Origin: an uncultured Spirochaetota bacterium
GTDB taxonomy: Bacteria > Spirochaetota > Spirochaetia > SZUA-6 > Fen-1364
Direction: 5' to 3'
NCBI GenBank assembly: GCA_963745235.1
Contig: CAVUXE010000037.1
Location: forward strand, 160,001 to 224,000
Length of the DNA stretch: 64,000 nucleotides
The notes below the pieces were generated by a model. The model was not told where the DNA came from, searched no databases, and saw only the letters and a list, made by a program, of their open reading frames with translations. The position numbers were made by a program, and so were the translations under genes. Below, one piece after another: positions 9,609 to 20,478 of this stretch; the first letter of the stretch is position 1, and every line of letters begins with the position of its first letter.

Positions 9609-11492
9609 TCACGCCTCGACGAGCTCGCTCATGGCTTTCTTCAGCTCCTGCAGCCTGTACGGCTTCGGAAGGACGCCAAGCGCTCCATGACGGCGGTGGT
9701 CCGCAAGAACGGGATCGTTTGAGTACCCCGAAGACACGATGACTCTTGCCGAGGGGTCGAGGGAAAGGATTCGGGAAAGGGCTTCTTTCCCGCCCATGCC
9801 TCCGATCACGGTGAGGTCCAGGATGACCACGTCGAAGGGATGATGGCCACGAAGCGCCGCGGCAAAGAGACTGACGGCTTCCTGGCCGCTGCCGGCCCCG
9901 ACGGCGGAAAAGCCCATTTCCGTCAGCATTCGAAGGGCCACCGCGCGGACCATCTCCTGGTCATCCATCACAAGGACCCGTTTTCCCTGGGCAAAAACCT
10001 CCAAGTCCCGGGGAGCCACGCGGGGGAGCTCACGGTCCGGCTCCGCGGGAATCAGGAAGGTGAACGTGCTGCCCCGGCCGGGCGCGGATTGTGCGCCCAG
10101 GTATCCGCGGTGGCTTCGGATGATGGAGTATGACGTTGCCAGGCCAAGGCCGCTGCCGGTCTGCTTGGTCGTGAAGTACGGATCGAATATCCTCCGAAGA
10201 AGATCTTCCTGGATGCCCGTCCCCTCATCGGAGACGGAGATCTCCAGGTAGGGGCCCGCGGGAAGGGCATGGCGATTCCCGCCTGCCAGCCGCCTGTTCA
10301 CCGCCCGTACGGTGATCCGCCCGCCGCCCGGCATCGCCTGGACCGCGTTGATGACGATATTCTGGATCACCTGGCTCAGCTGGCCCTCGTCGATCTCGGA
10401 TGGCCACAGGTCCGCGGCAATCTCGAAGACGCAGGCGCACGGGGAGCCGTGGCAGGCGAATCCAGCGGATTCGCGGACCAGGTGCCCGGCGTCGGCCAGG
10501 CGCCTGACGGGTGCACCGCCCCGGGCAAAGGTCAGGAGCTGCTGGGTGAGGTCCCTGGCGCGCAGCAGCGCCTGTTCAGCATTCCGCAGGCTCTCGTCAG
10601 CCTGCCGGGCATCAGAAAGCTCCAAGCGGGCAAGAGAGATGTTGCCCAGGACCCCGGCGAGCAGGTTGTTGAAGTCATGGGCAATGCCGCCCGCGAGGAG
10701 CGAGAGGGATTCCAGCTTCTGGGCGGTGAGCTGCGCTTCCTCCATGCGCCTGCGCTCGGTGACGTCCCGGGTGATTGTAAGGACGCATCGCACCCCGTCT
10801 ATTTCGATCAGGCGCGCCGACATCATTCCGGTGAGGATGGTTCCGTCCTTGCGACGGAATGGTGCTTCAAGCTCCGCCTCCCCGCGCTCCGCCAGCCCGG
10901 TGACCATGCGCTCACGGTCTTCGCTGTTCACCCAGATACCGAGATCTCCGGGCATGGAGGAGCGCCCAAGAACGTCCTCATCCGTGTAGCCCGTCATGCG
11001 GGTGAATCCTTCGTTGATCTCCAGGTACACGCCGTCTTCGAAGCGATTGATGTTGATGGAGTCCGGGCTTCCGTGAAACGCCCGGGAGAACTTCTCCTCG
11101 GAGTCCTTCAGCGCTTTCTGCGCGCGCACTCTGTCCGAGATGTCATGAATGATGCTGAACAGGAACCTCTCACCGTCGAGCTCCACCGGGCTGGAGTAGA
11201 TCTCAACGGTCCTGATCTCCCCGGAAGCGAGCCCATGCGGAAAGACGAAGTGGTTGCGCTCTTCCCGGAAGGCCGCATCCACGGCCTCCTCCAGATCCCC
11301 AGAGGCTATGCGGTTGATGTCCCGGATTCGCAGAGCGCACAGCTCATCATGGGTGTACCCGTAAAAGCGAACGGCGGCCGGGTTGGCTTCCACGACCCGT
11401 CTCTCTTCCTGGCTGATGAGGAGGATCATTGCCGCGTGTCGATGGAAACGTTTCATGAACGCGGCGACTTCCGCTGTTGCATGTCCGTGCAT
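9609..11492 (-). CDS. PAS-PAS hybrid sensor histidine kinase with receiver domain
   Basis: Two PAS domains, [12 protein letters not shown]-box, FTTK..GSGLGL and C-terminal REC (VMDD, ILDL, PKP). Confidence 0.92.
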   Translation of the reverse strand: MHGHATAEVAAFMKRFHRHAAMILLISQEERRVVEANPAAVRFYGYTHDELCALRIRDINRIASGDLEEAVDAAFREERNHFVFPHGLASGEIRTVEIYSSPVELDGERFLFSIIHDISDRVRAQKALKDSEEKFSRAFHGSPDSININRFEDGVYLEINEGFTRMTGYTDEDVLGRSSMPGDLGIWVNSEDRERMVTGLAERGEAELEAPFRRKDGTILTGMMSARLIEIDGVRCVLTITRDVTERRRMEEAQLTAQKLESLSLLAGGIAHDFNNLLAGVLGNISLARLELSDARQADESLRNAEQALLRARDLTQQLLTFARGGAPVRRLADAGHLVRESAGFACHGSPCACVFEIAADLWPSEIDEGQLSQVIQNIVINAVQAMPGGGRITVRAVNRRLAGGNRHALPAGPYLEISVSDEGTGIQEDLLRRIFDPYFTTKQTGSGLGLATSYSIIRSHRGYLGAQSAPGRGSTFTFLIPAEPDRELPRVAPRDLEVFAQGKRVLVMDDQEMVRAVALRMLTEMGFSAVGAGSGQEAVSLFAAALRGHHPFDVVILDLTVIGGMGGKEALSRILSLDPSARVIVSSGYSNDPVLADHRRHGALGVLPKPYRLQELKKAMSELVEA

Positions 11493-11532
11493 GGGCTTTT
11501 ACAGCAGCACATTTTCGCTGTCATGTCCACTT

Positions 11533-12318
11533 TCACGCGGACGCCCCGGAATAGCGTCGGCTTCCTCGCGTCCACACGATCCTGGCAGCCACGAAAAGCA
11601 GCGCCGCAAGGGCAAAAGCCCCGGCGAGAGTCTGCCAGGACAGGCGCCCCGCGAGGGCCTGCGCCGGCACCGTTGTCGCGAAGGCCACGGGCACCAGGAA
11701 GGTCAGACCGACGCGAAGCCAGCGGGGATACAGGGTAACCGGCCAGCGTCCCGCCTCGTAGATGGACTGGAAGATGACCAGGATGTTTTCCACCCGCACA
11801 AACCAGAAAGAGAGAGAGGCGAGGATCACCCAGAAGCTGTAGACGATCAGCCCACCGGGAACCAGGGCCGCCGCGAATGCCGCCAGCTGGAGCGCTCCCA
11901 CGTGGGTCCCCAGTCTGCCAAGGGAGACGATGATCACTGCGATCCCGAGGACGAAATCAGTGAGCTTCCAGATCTCCACGCGCTGGATGCTCGCAAGGAG
12001 CTGGGAGTCTTCGGGCTTGGTCAGGGTGAAATCCAGGGTCCCTTCGCGCACGCTCTCGATGAGCTGTTCCATGCTCGGCTGGATGACCAGGCGGATGGCG
12101 CCTCCTACCAGGAAGAACACCCCGATCAGCGCCGCCACTTCCTCGGGGCGCCAGCCGCCCAGTGTGGCGGTGTAGGAGAATACGACGGCAAGGCCCCCGA
12201 ACGCCGTGCCGAGGTCAATGGCGGATTCCAGGAGCTGCAGGAAGAAGTTTGTGCGGTAGGCAAGCTCTCCCATGGCGCCGACGCGAAAGAAGACCCACAG
12301 GAGACGAAGCAGCCTCAT
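11533..12318 (-). CDS. ABC-2 type exporter permease
   Basis: YRTNF, VREGTLDFTLTKP and C-terminal RRYSGASA motifs; hydrophobic; ATGA overlap with the upstream permease. Confidence 0.88.
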   Translation of the reverse strand: MRLLRLLWVFFRVGAMGELAYRTNFFLQLLESAIDLGTAFGGLAVVFSYTATLGGWRPEEVAALIGVFFLVGGAIRLVIQPSMEQLIESVREGTLDFTLTKPEDSQLLASIQRVEIWKLTDFVLGIAVIIVSLGRLGTHVGALQLAAFAAALVPGGLIVYSFWVILASLSFWFVRVENILVIFQSIYEAGRWPVTLYPRWLRVGLTFLVPVAFATTVPAQALAGRLSWQTLAGAFALAALLFVAARIVWTRGSRRYSGASA

Positions 12319-13115
12319 GCGCCCACCGCCGCGTACACACGCACACCCGCGCGCCACACGGTTCGCAGCAGGAGCAGGGCCAGGGCCAGCCATGCTGCCT
12401 GGGCGGCAAGACCCGTCATCGCCTGGCCGGGGCTCAGTCGTCCCAGAAGCAGCTCCACCGGGAAGCTGATCATCCACCGAAAAGGCAGGATGGCGGCAGC
12501 CACCTGCAGGGGGTGGGGAAGCAGCGAAAGCGGCGCCATCTGTCCCGAGAGAAAGAGGGCGGCAACGAAGTAGCCCTGGTTGATCGCGCCGACCCGCGTG
12601 GTCCAGAACGCGCTCAAGCTAAGGGTCCACTCGACGGCGAACTTGACGCCAAAAGCAAGAAGGAGCGCCGGGACAAAAAGGGCCGCGGCCCAGGGCGGCG
12701 GGGAAAACACCGGCCTGAAGAGGACCACGAGCACGGCCGCCGCAGCCAGCATCAGGGGAAGCGTGATCAGCTTGGATGAGACGTTATCCACGAGGTCCGT
12801 GTGAATGGGATGGATGGGTCGCAGCAGCGCAAAGGAAAGGGAGCCGTGACGGATCTTGTACTCGTACTCGAACATGACCCAGGTGTAGGTGACCTGGGTA
12901 ACGAGCATGAGGACGATGAAATAGGCGGCGAACTGGGCGGTGTCGAAACCACCAACGCTCCCGCCCGTGGCGCGCGCCACCGCGGACCACACAACGAGGT
13001 AGATGAGCGGTTCCAGTATCCTGTCGATGGTCCAGATGAAGATGGAGGCCCGGTACTGGATGAAGGAGGCGAGCGTGGTGCGGAACTGCTGGCGGTAGAC
13101 ATCTCCCAATCCCAT
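12315..13115 (-). CDS. ABC-2 type exporter permease
   Basis: Start MGLGDVY in a TGATG overlap; QYRAS, IRHGSLSFALLRP and C-terminal YAAVGA motifs. Confidence 0.86.
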   Translation of the reverse strand: MGLGDVYRQQFRTTLASFIQYRASIFIWTIDRILEPLIYLVVWSAVARATGGSVGGFDTAQFAAYFIVLMLVTQVTYTWVMFEYEYKIRHGSLSFALLRPIHPIHTDLVDNVSSKLITLPLMLAAAAVLVVLFRPVFSPPPWAAALFVPALLLAFGVKFAVEWTLSLSAFWTTRVGAINQGYFVAALFLSGQMAPLSLLPHPLQVAAAILPFRWMISFPVELLLGRLSPGQAMTGLAAQAAWLALALLLLRTVWRAGVRVYAAVGA

Positions 13116-14129
13116 CACGAACCCTCGGCGGCAAACACTCGTTCGATAACCTCTTCTATCGGCGGGTCCTCCACGGTCAAGTCTATCACCGGGCAGGTCC
13201 GCCAGGATGCGACCCGTCACGCGCGCCGTCTCCTCACGAGGCACGCGAAGGGTCACGACCCCTTCCTCCCGGGAGATCACATCCCCGTATTGTCCCAGGT
13301 ACGCGAGTACGCGTTCGGCGAGCACGCCGTCCGCCTCCCCGTCCTCCAGCTTCACCGCGATGGTCTTGTGCGCCGTGAACTTCCCCACCAGCGCGGCAAG
13401 CTCTCCATCGAACAGGAGCTTCCCGTGATGGATGACGATGACTCGGCGGCAGAGGGCCTCAACGTCCGCCATGGAGTGGCTTGTAAGGAGGACCGTCGCC
13501 CCGAAGCGCTGGTTGTACTGCGCGATGAATCCGCGTACGCGCCGCTGCATGGTGACATCGAGACCGATGGTCGGCTCATCGAGGAAAACGACCCGCGGCC
13601 GGTGCAGCAGAGCGGCTGCCAGCTCGCACTTCATGCGCTCACCGAGGGAAAGGTTCCGAACGGGCTTGCGAAGGAGCGGGCCGAGCTCCAGGAGGTCGGT
13701 GAGCTCCTGCACGGTGCTTTTGAAGTCGGAGGCGGGAATGCGGTAGATCGCCCGGTTCAGCTCGAAGGAGTCCGCTGCCGGTATGTCCCACACGAGCTGG
13801 CTGCGTTGTCCCATGACCAGCGTGATCTGGCGCAGGAATGCCTTCTCCCGCTTCCACGGCACATGGCCCAGCACGGAGACCTCCCCGCCTGTGGGGTGAA
13901 GGAGGCCCGAGAGCATCTTCAGCGTGGTGGTTTTTCCCGCGCCATTCGGGCCCAGGAAACCGACGATTTCTCCCGGTTGGAGGGCGAACGAGATGCCATC
14001 CACGGCTGCCACCTCTTCCCGCCGCCTGCGCACCAGGCTGGCCAGGGCGGCCCCGACGCCGGATTCCCGCTCCGTCACGATGAAGGACTTGCGAAGCTCT
14101 GTGGCGCGGACTGCCGCTGGATGCTCCAT
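13115..14129 (-). CDS. ABC exporter ATP-binding protein (+1 frameshift near 13191 falsely fuses it to the permease in the ORF track)
   Basis: GPNGAGKTT, LSLGE and FLDEPTIGLD motifs. The corrected frame ends VIDLTVEDPPIEEVIERVFAAEGS* at the TGA at 13115-13117. Confidence 0.88.
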
Positions 14130-14229
14130 CCGCCCAGTATAGGCGGACAGGGCGCGGGGGAACAATCCGGGCCGACAGCTCGGCGCGGGGTTTTCATGAA
14201 ACTTGTCCGTGAGTACACTTCCGGGCATA

Positions 14230-15234
14230 ATGCTTTCCCAGGTCGATGTTGCCAGAAAGGCGCGCGTGTCCATCATGACGGTCTCCCGAGTCATCAACGG
14301 CCGCTCGAACGTAAGCAAGGACACCCGTGAGCGTGTTCTGCAGGCAATCCGCGAGCTGTCCTATTTTCCGAACGCCGCGGCCCGGGCGCTCAGCCGCAAC
14401 CGGGCGAACGTCATCGAGGTGACCGTTCCCCGGCGGGACTATTTCTCCTCTTCCGAGTATTTCAGCGAGCTGATCTTCAGCGTCGAAGCAGTTGTCCGTC
14501 AGCACGACTACAACGTCATTTTCAACCCGTATGACCCCGCGGGCCCCGTGGACTACGGCGCCCTGTACAGGCAGCGCAAGGTTGACGGGCTCTTGATCGT
14601 GGCCCGCTCCATGAGCCAGCAGCAGGTCCAGAGCCTCTGCAGCGAGCAAATCGCTTTTGTCCTGGTCAATTCGCGCCGTGATGACAAACCGCTGAGCTAT
14701 GTGGACGTGGATAACCACAAGGGCGCGGTTATGGCCGTGGAGTACCTGCGGTCCCTGGGCCACACGAAAATAGCTGCCATGACGGGTGGGACAGAGGCCA
14801 TCAACTCAATCCACCGACTGCAAGGCTACCGGCAGGCACTGCAGCGAAAAGGGCTGCCCATGCGCGAAGAGTGGGTCATTGAGGGGAACTGGTCGGAGGA
14901 AAGCGGCTACGAGGCGTTCAAGAAGCTGGCCCATCTTGCTGACAGGCCCTCCGCGGTCTTCTGCGCCAACGACCTGATGGCAATAGGAGCTTTGCGCGCG
15001 GCGGCGGACAGCGCAGTCGCCGTGCCGCAGGATATGTCGATCATTGGTTTTGATGACATCCGGCTTGCCTCGTTCACGAATCCGCGCCTCACTACGATCC
15101 GACAGCCGATTGGGCAGACGGGACAGGTGGCTGCCAGGATTCTCCTGGACCTGCTTTCGGGCCAGGCAACCGAGCCGCAGAAGATAATCCTCGAACCAAC
15201 GCTGATTGTCCGTTCATCCTGCGCCGCGCGATAA
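14230..15234 (+). CDS. LacI-family transcriptional regulator
   Basis: HTH SQVDVARKARVSIMTVSRVIN; CANDLMAIG, GFDD and LTTIRQP motifs. Confidence 0.93.
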   Translation: MLSQVDVARKARVSIMTVSRVINGRSNVSKDTRERVLQAIRELSYFPNAAARALSRNRANVIEVTVPRRDYFSSSEYFSELIFSVEAVVRQHDYNVIFNPYDPAGPVDYGALYRQRKVDGLLIVARSMSQQQVQSLCSEQIAFVLVNSRRDDKPLSYVDVDNHKGAVMAVEYLRSLGHTKIAAMTGGTEAINSIHRLQGYRQALQRKGLPMREEWVIEGNWSEESGYEAFKKLAHLADRPSAVFCANDLMAIGALRAAADSAVAVPQDMSIIGFDDIRLASFTNPRLTTIRQPIGQTGQVAARILLDLLSGQATEPQKIILEPTLIVRSSCAAR

Positions 15235-15278
15235 GGGCGAAAGAGCAATCTCATCCCGGAGGACACGAAGGATTTTTC

Positions 15279-15331
15279 TTGACAAGACGGGCAGACTCGT
15301 GATTACAATTATCCCTGTGTTAGCGCTAACA
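15279..15331 (+). promoter_or_regulatory. Sigma70-like promoter (TTGACA 15279-15284, TACAAT 15304-15309) with LacI operator TGTTAGCGCTAACA (15318-15331)
   Basis: Consensus -35 and near-consensus -10 with a long 19-bp spacer, followed by a perfect 14-bp LacI-type palindrome near the predicted start site. Confidence 0.75.
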
Positions 15332-15394
15332 TGACTGTCGTCACCAGGATGGCTCATGTTGGATCCTGGTTGTGTGAAGGAGATGAAACGCAGT

Positions 15395-16150
15395 ATGGCA
15401 GCCAAGGCAAGAGTCCTTTTAGTCGGCGAAACATGGGTAACGATGAAAATCAACATCAAGGGCATCGACGTCTTCCCAGTGGGCGGTTACGAAAACTTCG
15501 GCATCTGGTTCATGGAGGCCATGGCAAAGTTCAGCGACATCGAGGCTGAGCACATGCCCAACCATGTGGCCCTGGCCTCCTTCCCGTCAACACTCGATCA
15601 AATCAACAAATACGATGTCGTGATTTTCAGCGACTGCGGCAAGAACACCATATTGCTGTACCCTGAAATGTTCACCGTGCCCATGGGGCCCGATCGCCTG
15701 GCCCTGATCAAGGAGTATGTGGACAAGGGTAAAGCTTTCGTCATGGCAGGAGGCTGGAACTCATACCAGGGGCTGAACGGCATTCCCGGATACCACGGGA
15801 CGTGTGTGGAAGAAGTTCTTCCCGTTGAGATCCAGGCCACAGACGACAGGGTGGAGACGCCCCAGGGAGTGCGCCCGAGCATCACCGCGAGGGAGCATCC
15901 CCTTTTCAAGGGGCTCCCAGCGGAGTGGCCTCTTTTCCTTGGCTACAACAAGGTCACTGCAAAGGCGGACGCGCAGTTGCTTGCAACCATAGGTGGGCAC
16001 CCCTTTGTCGCCGCGCACAGCTTCGGGAAGGGAAGGACCCTGGCCTTCACCTCGGACCTCGCCAAGCACTGGGGCACGGATTTCATAACGTGGGAAGGCT
16101 ATGGACGGTTCTGGCACAACGCCGTGCTTTGGCTCTCGGGCGGTGCATAG
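15395..16150 (+). CDS. Glutamine amidotransferase-like protein (DUF1355 / STM3548-like)
   Basis: VLLVGETW, YDVVIFSD, MAGGWNSYQG, VEEVLPV, GRTLAFTSD..HW motifs; AAGGAG upstream. Confidence 0.75.
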   Translation: MAAKARVLLVGETWVTMKINIKGIDVFPVGGYENFGIWFMEAMAKFSDIEAEHMPNHVALASFPSTLDQINKYDVVIFSDCGKNTILLYPEMFTVPMGPDRLALIKEYVDKGKAFVMAGGWNSYQGLNGIPGYHGTCVEEVLPVEIQATDDRVETPQGVRPSITAREHPLFKGLPAEWPLFLGYNKVTAKADAQLLATIGGHPFVAAHSFGKGRTLAFTSDLAKHWGTDFITWEGYGRFWHNAVLWLSGGA

Positions 16151-16350
16151 GCCTTTCAGCCGCGCCCCCCTCCCCCGCCGAACCCGCTCTCGACCAGTCC
16201 ATATCCAGCCCATCACCAATGGCTTGTTGAAACATCTTTTCCCAAGAGTCATGGCGTAGGACCCCCTGCCGCGCATGGCGAGGCTGTGCTCGGTATTTCA
16301 GAGAGCTTGCCATTCCCGTGTTAGTATGGATCTCGGAAGGACAAGACACC

Positions 16351-18832
16351 ATGCAGCAGGACTCTGCCTACTTCCTGGAAGCCAGCGCAAAGACCAGAAA
16401 CCTCGGGCTCGCCATGAGCATGATACTGGTGATCGTGCTGCCGGTATTCCTGTACCTCGATTCTACAACGCCGCAGCTGCACGGCATTCGGTGGTGGAGG
16501 ATCGGGGCAACCGTGCCGGCCCTCATTTTCGTGTTCTACGCATTCTTCCTGTTCCCGAAACACCGCCGCTTCGCCATTCCGCTCCACATGGCGCAGCTCG
16601 CCGGATTGATGATCATGATGTGCGGGATCAGCGCAGAGCTGGCCGCCCGGCCGGAGTTTCCGCAATTCGGACGGACCGCCCTCATTTCCTCTCTCATCAT
16701 CTGCATCTTCGCGGACTTCGCATTTGCCGCGGGGGCGCGCAAGTACCTTGGGGCAATTCTCATGCTGCCCTTGGCGGCCATGAGCGTGTATCTCGTTGCC
16801 GCGGGGAAGTCCCTGACGCACATGGAGCTGCTGTGGATCATCATCAACCCCGTGACAATGGCCGTTGTGCTTTCCGCGCTCGCCCTGTACCAGGAAAGAT
16901 CCAGCGCGAAGGAGTTCACCGTCCGCTCGGAGTTGAAACGCGCCGAAGGTGCGCTTCGCGAAAGCGAGAAGAAATACCACGAGCTCTTCGAGAACGCGGA
17001 GGTGGGCATGTTCCAGATGGAGCCTCGCGGCTTGAAAATCATCGACGTGAACCGCACGTGCCTGGAGCTCACAGGGCGAGCTCGTGAGGAGATGATCGGC
17101 AGCTCTTCAGCAATCCACTGGGCGGACCCACGCGAACATGAAGAGATGATGCGTGTGCTCGCCCGTGACGGCCATGTCACGAACTTCGAGTGTCGGATCG
17201 TCAACGTCCGCGGGAAAGACCGAAGTTGCATAGCCTCGCTGAGCCCGCATTCCGAGCTGCAGGTCCTCGAAGGATCCCTCCTTGATATCACCGAGCGCAA
17301 GCGCCTGGAGGCAGAACGCGAAGGGATGCTCCAGCGGCTGGAGTTTGTGATGGCGACAACGCAGACGGGTCTGGACATCATCGACGAAGGCTACGTCGTG
17401 CAGTATGTGGATCCCGCGCGGCGGAGGGTTTTTGGTGATCCGAGAGGCCAGCGCTGCTACGAGTACTTCCGCGGAAAATCCTCCCCCTGCGACGGCTGCG
17501 CGATGCAGGACGCTTTGAAGACCCGGCAGGTCCAGGTCCGGGAGCAGACTCCCCCCAGCAGCAACCGACCCACCCAGACCACGTCTTTGCCGTACCAGGA
17601 TGATTCCGGGAAATGGTTTGTCGCAGAGGTGCTGGTGGATATTTCGGAGCGCAAAAGGGTCGAAGCGGAGCGCCTTGATCTTGAGCGCCACATGGCTGAA
17701 TCACAAAGACTGGAAGGACTGGGAATCCTTGCCGGAGGGGTTGCGCACAACTTCAACAATCTCCTGACGGTCATACTCGGCCATGCGGAGCTGCTGAAGG
17801 AAGCGCTTCCACGAGACCCTGCCACAACCTCCTCGGTCCAGGAGATTCTCAAGGCGGGGGATCGATCACGTGAGCTGGTCAGCCGGCTGCTCTCATTGGG
17901 CAGACGGCAGGTCCTGGAATTGCGGCCCCTGGACGTGAACGCGGTGATCAGGGAATCCGGCGCAATGCTTCGCCAGGCGCTTCGCGAAAACATCTCCCTG
18001 GACCACCGCCTTTCGACTTCTCCGTGCCCCGTGGCCGCCGACCCGGCGCGAATCGAGCAGGTCCTTCTGAACCTCGCTTTGAACGCGCAGGATGCGATGC
18101 CACGGGAAGGGCGAATCGAGATAGCGACCACTGAGGTACTGCTTGAAGGAGCGTTGGCTCGGCGCTACAACGACCTCCCGCCTGGCCGCTACGTCCAGCT
18201 TGGTTTCAGCGACACGGGGCAGGGAATGGACAAGGAGACATTGACGAAGATCTTCACCCCATTTTTCACGACGAAGGAGCAGGGCAAAGGCACGGGGCTG
18301 GGGCTCTTTACCGTATACGGGATCGTGAAGCAACACAACGGCACCATTCGAGGTGGAAAGCCACCTCGGGGCCGGGACGCGATTCTCGATCTACCTCCCG
18401 CGAATTGAGCTCCCCGCGGAAGAAGCCCCACCTGCCAGGGAGATGCCCAGGGCAGAAGGCAGGGAAACGATCGTGCTCGTGGAGGATGAAGAACCCATTC
18501 GCAGGATGCTCTCACACCAGCTTCGAAGTCTCGGATACACGGTGATGGAAGCTTCCGACGGCATCGCCGCCCTCCAGGTTCTCTCAGAGCATGGAAAGGC
18601 CGCACACATCCTTGTCACTGACGTTGTCATGCCGGGAATGAACGGGACTGACCTGCGCGACCACCTGCGAAAACAAATGCCTCACCTCAAGGTGCTGTTC
18701 ATGTCCGGATATGCCAAAGAGGTGCTCAGCTCGCACTTTCCGGGAGAGAAGGACATGGAGCTGATGACGAAGCCCTTCACGGGGCGAGCCCTGGCGTCCA
18801 GGATTCGGGAAATCCTCGGCGGTCAGAAGTAG
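16351..18832 (+). CDS. Membrane-bound PAS hybrid histidine kinase with receiver domain (+1 frameshift near 18348)
   Basis: Several N-terminal TM helices, two PAS domains, [26 protein letters not shown]. The corrected frame continues IEVESHLGAGTRF into the REC domain (ORF 18353-18832). Confidence 0.88.
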
Positions 18833-19464
18833 ACTTCGGCAAAAATGCGGGAGGCGGGAACGCCGCAGCCCCGCAGGATGGCGTAGCACTCGTAGATCAT
18901 GTCGCTGTTCCCGCAGAGATAGCACAGCCGTGTGGCCTCCACCTGGCTCTCGCGAAGGTGCGCGGTCACGCGACCGCCTCGCCATCGTGTCTCCCCCCCG
19001 GGGGGCTCGGCCCCGCTGACGCAGGCAGTGAGCCTGTGAGGATCGAATACCTCATGATCGTAGAGCTGCCGGGGGGAGCGAACGCCGTGAAGGAGGGTGT
19101 AGTCGAGGCCCGGATAGCTCAGGGCAAAGCAGTGGAAGGGGGACACGCCCGTTCCGGTGGCGACAAAGAGGAACTTCCCCCCCGTAGCACCTCGATCGAT
19201 GAGGAATGAGCCGTGGGGGCCGTCCACCTGGAGCAGATCCCCTTCACGGCAGCGATGGAGGTCCCGGGATACCGTGCCGCCTTCCACTTCTTTGACCAGC
19301 ACTTCGATGAAATCCTCCGAGGGCGCGGAGTAGATCGTGTACTCACGGCGCTCGATGCTCCCGGTACGGCCAAGGTTGATCCATTGGCCGGCGCGAAAGT
19401 CCAGCCCGCCACGCTCCAGCCGAAGGACGAAGGCGCTGTCAGAGATCTGGCGGTTGCTGATCAC
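18823..19464 (-). CDS. FNR-type FAD/NAD(P)-dependent oxidoreductase (ferredoxin/flavodoxin reductase-like)
   Basis: RREYT, GPHG, ATGTGVSPF, CGNSDMI and C-terminal EVYF. The true start may be the GTG at 19537 overlapping the lipA stop, if one more +1 error exists. Confidence 0.85.
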   Translation of the reverse strand: MISNRQISDSAFVLRLERGGLDFRAGQWINLGRTGSIERREYTIYSAPSEDFIEVLVKEVEGGTVSRDLHRCREGDLLQVDGPHGSFLIDRGATGGKFLFVATGTGVSPFHCFALSYPGLDYTLLHGVRSPRQLYDHEVFDPHRLTACVSGAEPPGGETRWRGGRVTAHLRESQVEATRLCYLCGNSDMIYECYAILRGCGVPASRIFAEVYF

Positions 19465-19533
19465 CCGATGCGCGCGACCCGGGCAAGGGTTGCGTGTGAG
19501 CCGCCGGGAAAGACCCGCGGGGAGCGGCCTCTC

Positions 19534-20478
19534 TCACGAGGAAGCAGGCTGCCGTGCGGCGGCTTTCGCCGCGCGGAGCTCGGCAAGGTGCTGCTGGAAT
19601 CCCTGGAACTGGACATCGGCGTGATAGGAGGAGCGGACAAAAGGCCCGGCCTCGCAATAGAGGAAGCCTTTCTCCATGGCGATGCCCTTGAGCCTCTGGA
19701 ACTCCGTGGGCGTCCAGTAGCGGCGCACCGGGATGTGGTTGCGCGTGGGCTGGAGGTACTGGCCGATGTTCACGACGTCCACGCCGCAGGAGCGAAGGTC
19801 AGTGAGAGTCTCCTCCACTTCCTCCGAGGTCTCTCCCAGGCCGAGCATGATGCTGGACTTGGTCACCATGTCCGGGGCGAGCCTGCGCGAAACGCGGAGG
19901 AACTCCAGTGACCGCTCGTAGCTTGAGCGCGAGCGGACCCGGGGGGTCAGCCTGCGCACGGTCTCCACGTTGTGGCTGATGATGTCAGGGCCGCTCTCGA
20001 CCACAGCGCGGATTGCATCTTCAGACCCCATGAAGTCCGAGGTCAAGACCTCCACGGAACAGTCCGGGGCGCGCCAGCGAAGGGCCCGAACGGTGGCGGC
20101 CATGATGGAGGCCCCGCCGTCGGGAAGGTCATCCCTGTTCACCATGGTCACGTGGACATGCTTCAGCTTCATGTGTTCAACGGCGCCTGCCACCCGCAGG
20201 GGCTCCAGCGTGTCCACTTCGCCGGGAAGACCCGTGTTCACGGCGCAGAACCGGCACCGCCGGGTGCACGTATCTCCGAGGATCATGAAGCTCGCCGTGC
20301 GCAGTGTGCCCCAGCACTCCTGGAGGTTCGGGCAGCGGGCCTCCTCGCACACGGTGTGCAGGGTCTCCGCGCGCATGAGCTTCTTCAGGAAGTGATAGTT
20401 GTCAGTGGTATTGAGTCGGATCTTCAGCCATTCGGGCTTGCGTCGGGACACCGCCGGGTCAGACATTCCTTCCCTCAC
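19534..20478 (-). CDS. lipA: Lipoyl synthase
   Basis: RKPEWLK, CX4CX5C ([12 protein letters not shown]), CX3CX2C (CTRRCRFC), HNVETV, GQYLQP and RSSY motifs. Confidence 0.96.
   Translation of the reverse strand: MREGMSDPAVSRRKPEWLKIRLNTTDNYHFLKKLMRAETLHTVCEEARCPNLQECWGTLRTASFMILGDTCTRRCRFCAVNTGLPGEVDTLEPLRVAGAVEHMKLKHVHVTMVNRDDLPDGGASIMAATVRALRWRAPDCSVEVLTSDFMGSEDAIRAVVESGPDIISHNVETVRRLTPRVRSRSSYERSLEFLRVSRRLAPDMVTKSSIMLGLGETSEEVEETLTDLRSCGVDVVNIGQYLQPTRNHIPVRRYWTPTEFQRLKGIAMEKGFLYCEAGPFVRSSYHADVQFQGFQQHLAELRAAKAAARQPASS

Noticed and set aside
14192-14201. Palindrome TTTCATGAAA between the divergent ABC and LacI genes
   Set aside because: Only 10 bp, lacks the LacI central CG, and may be chance.
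12315-14324. Apparent 669-aa ABC ATPase-permease fusion
   Set aside because: One extra base near 13191 creates it; the corrected ATPase ends at a TGATG overlap with the permease start.
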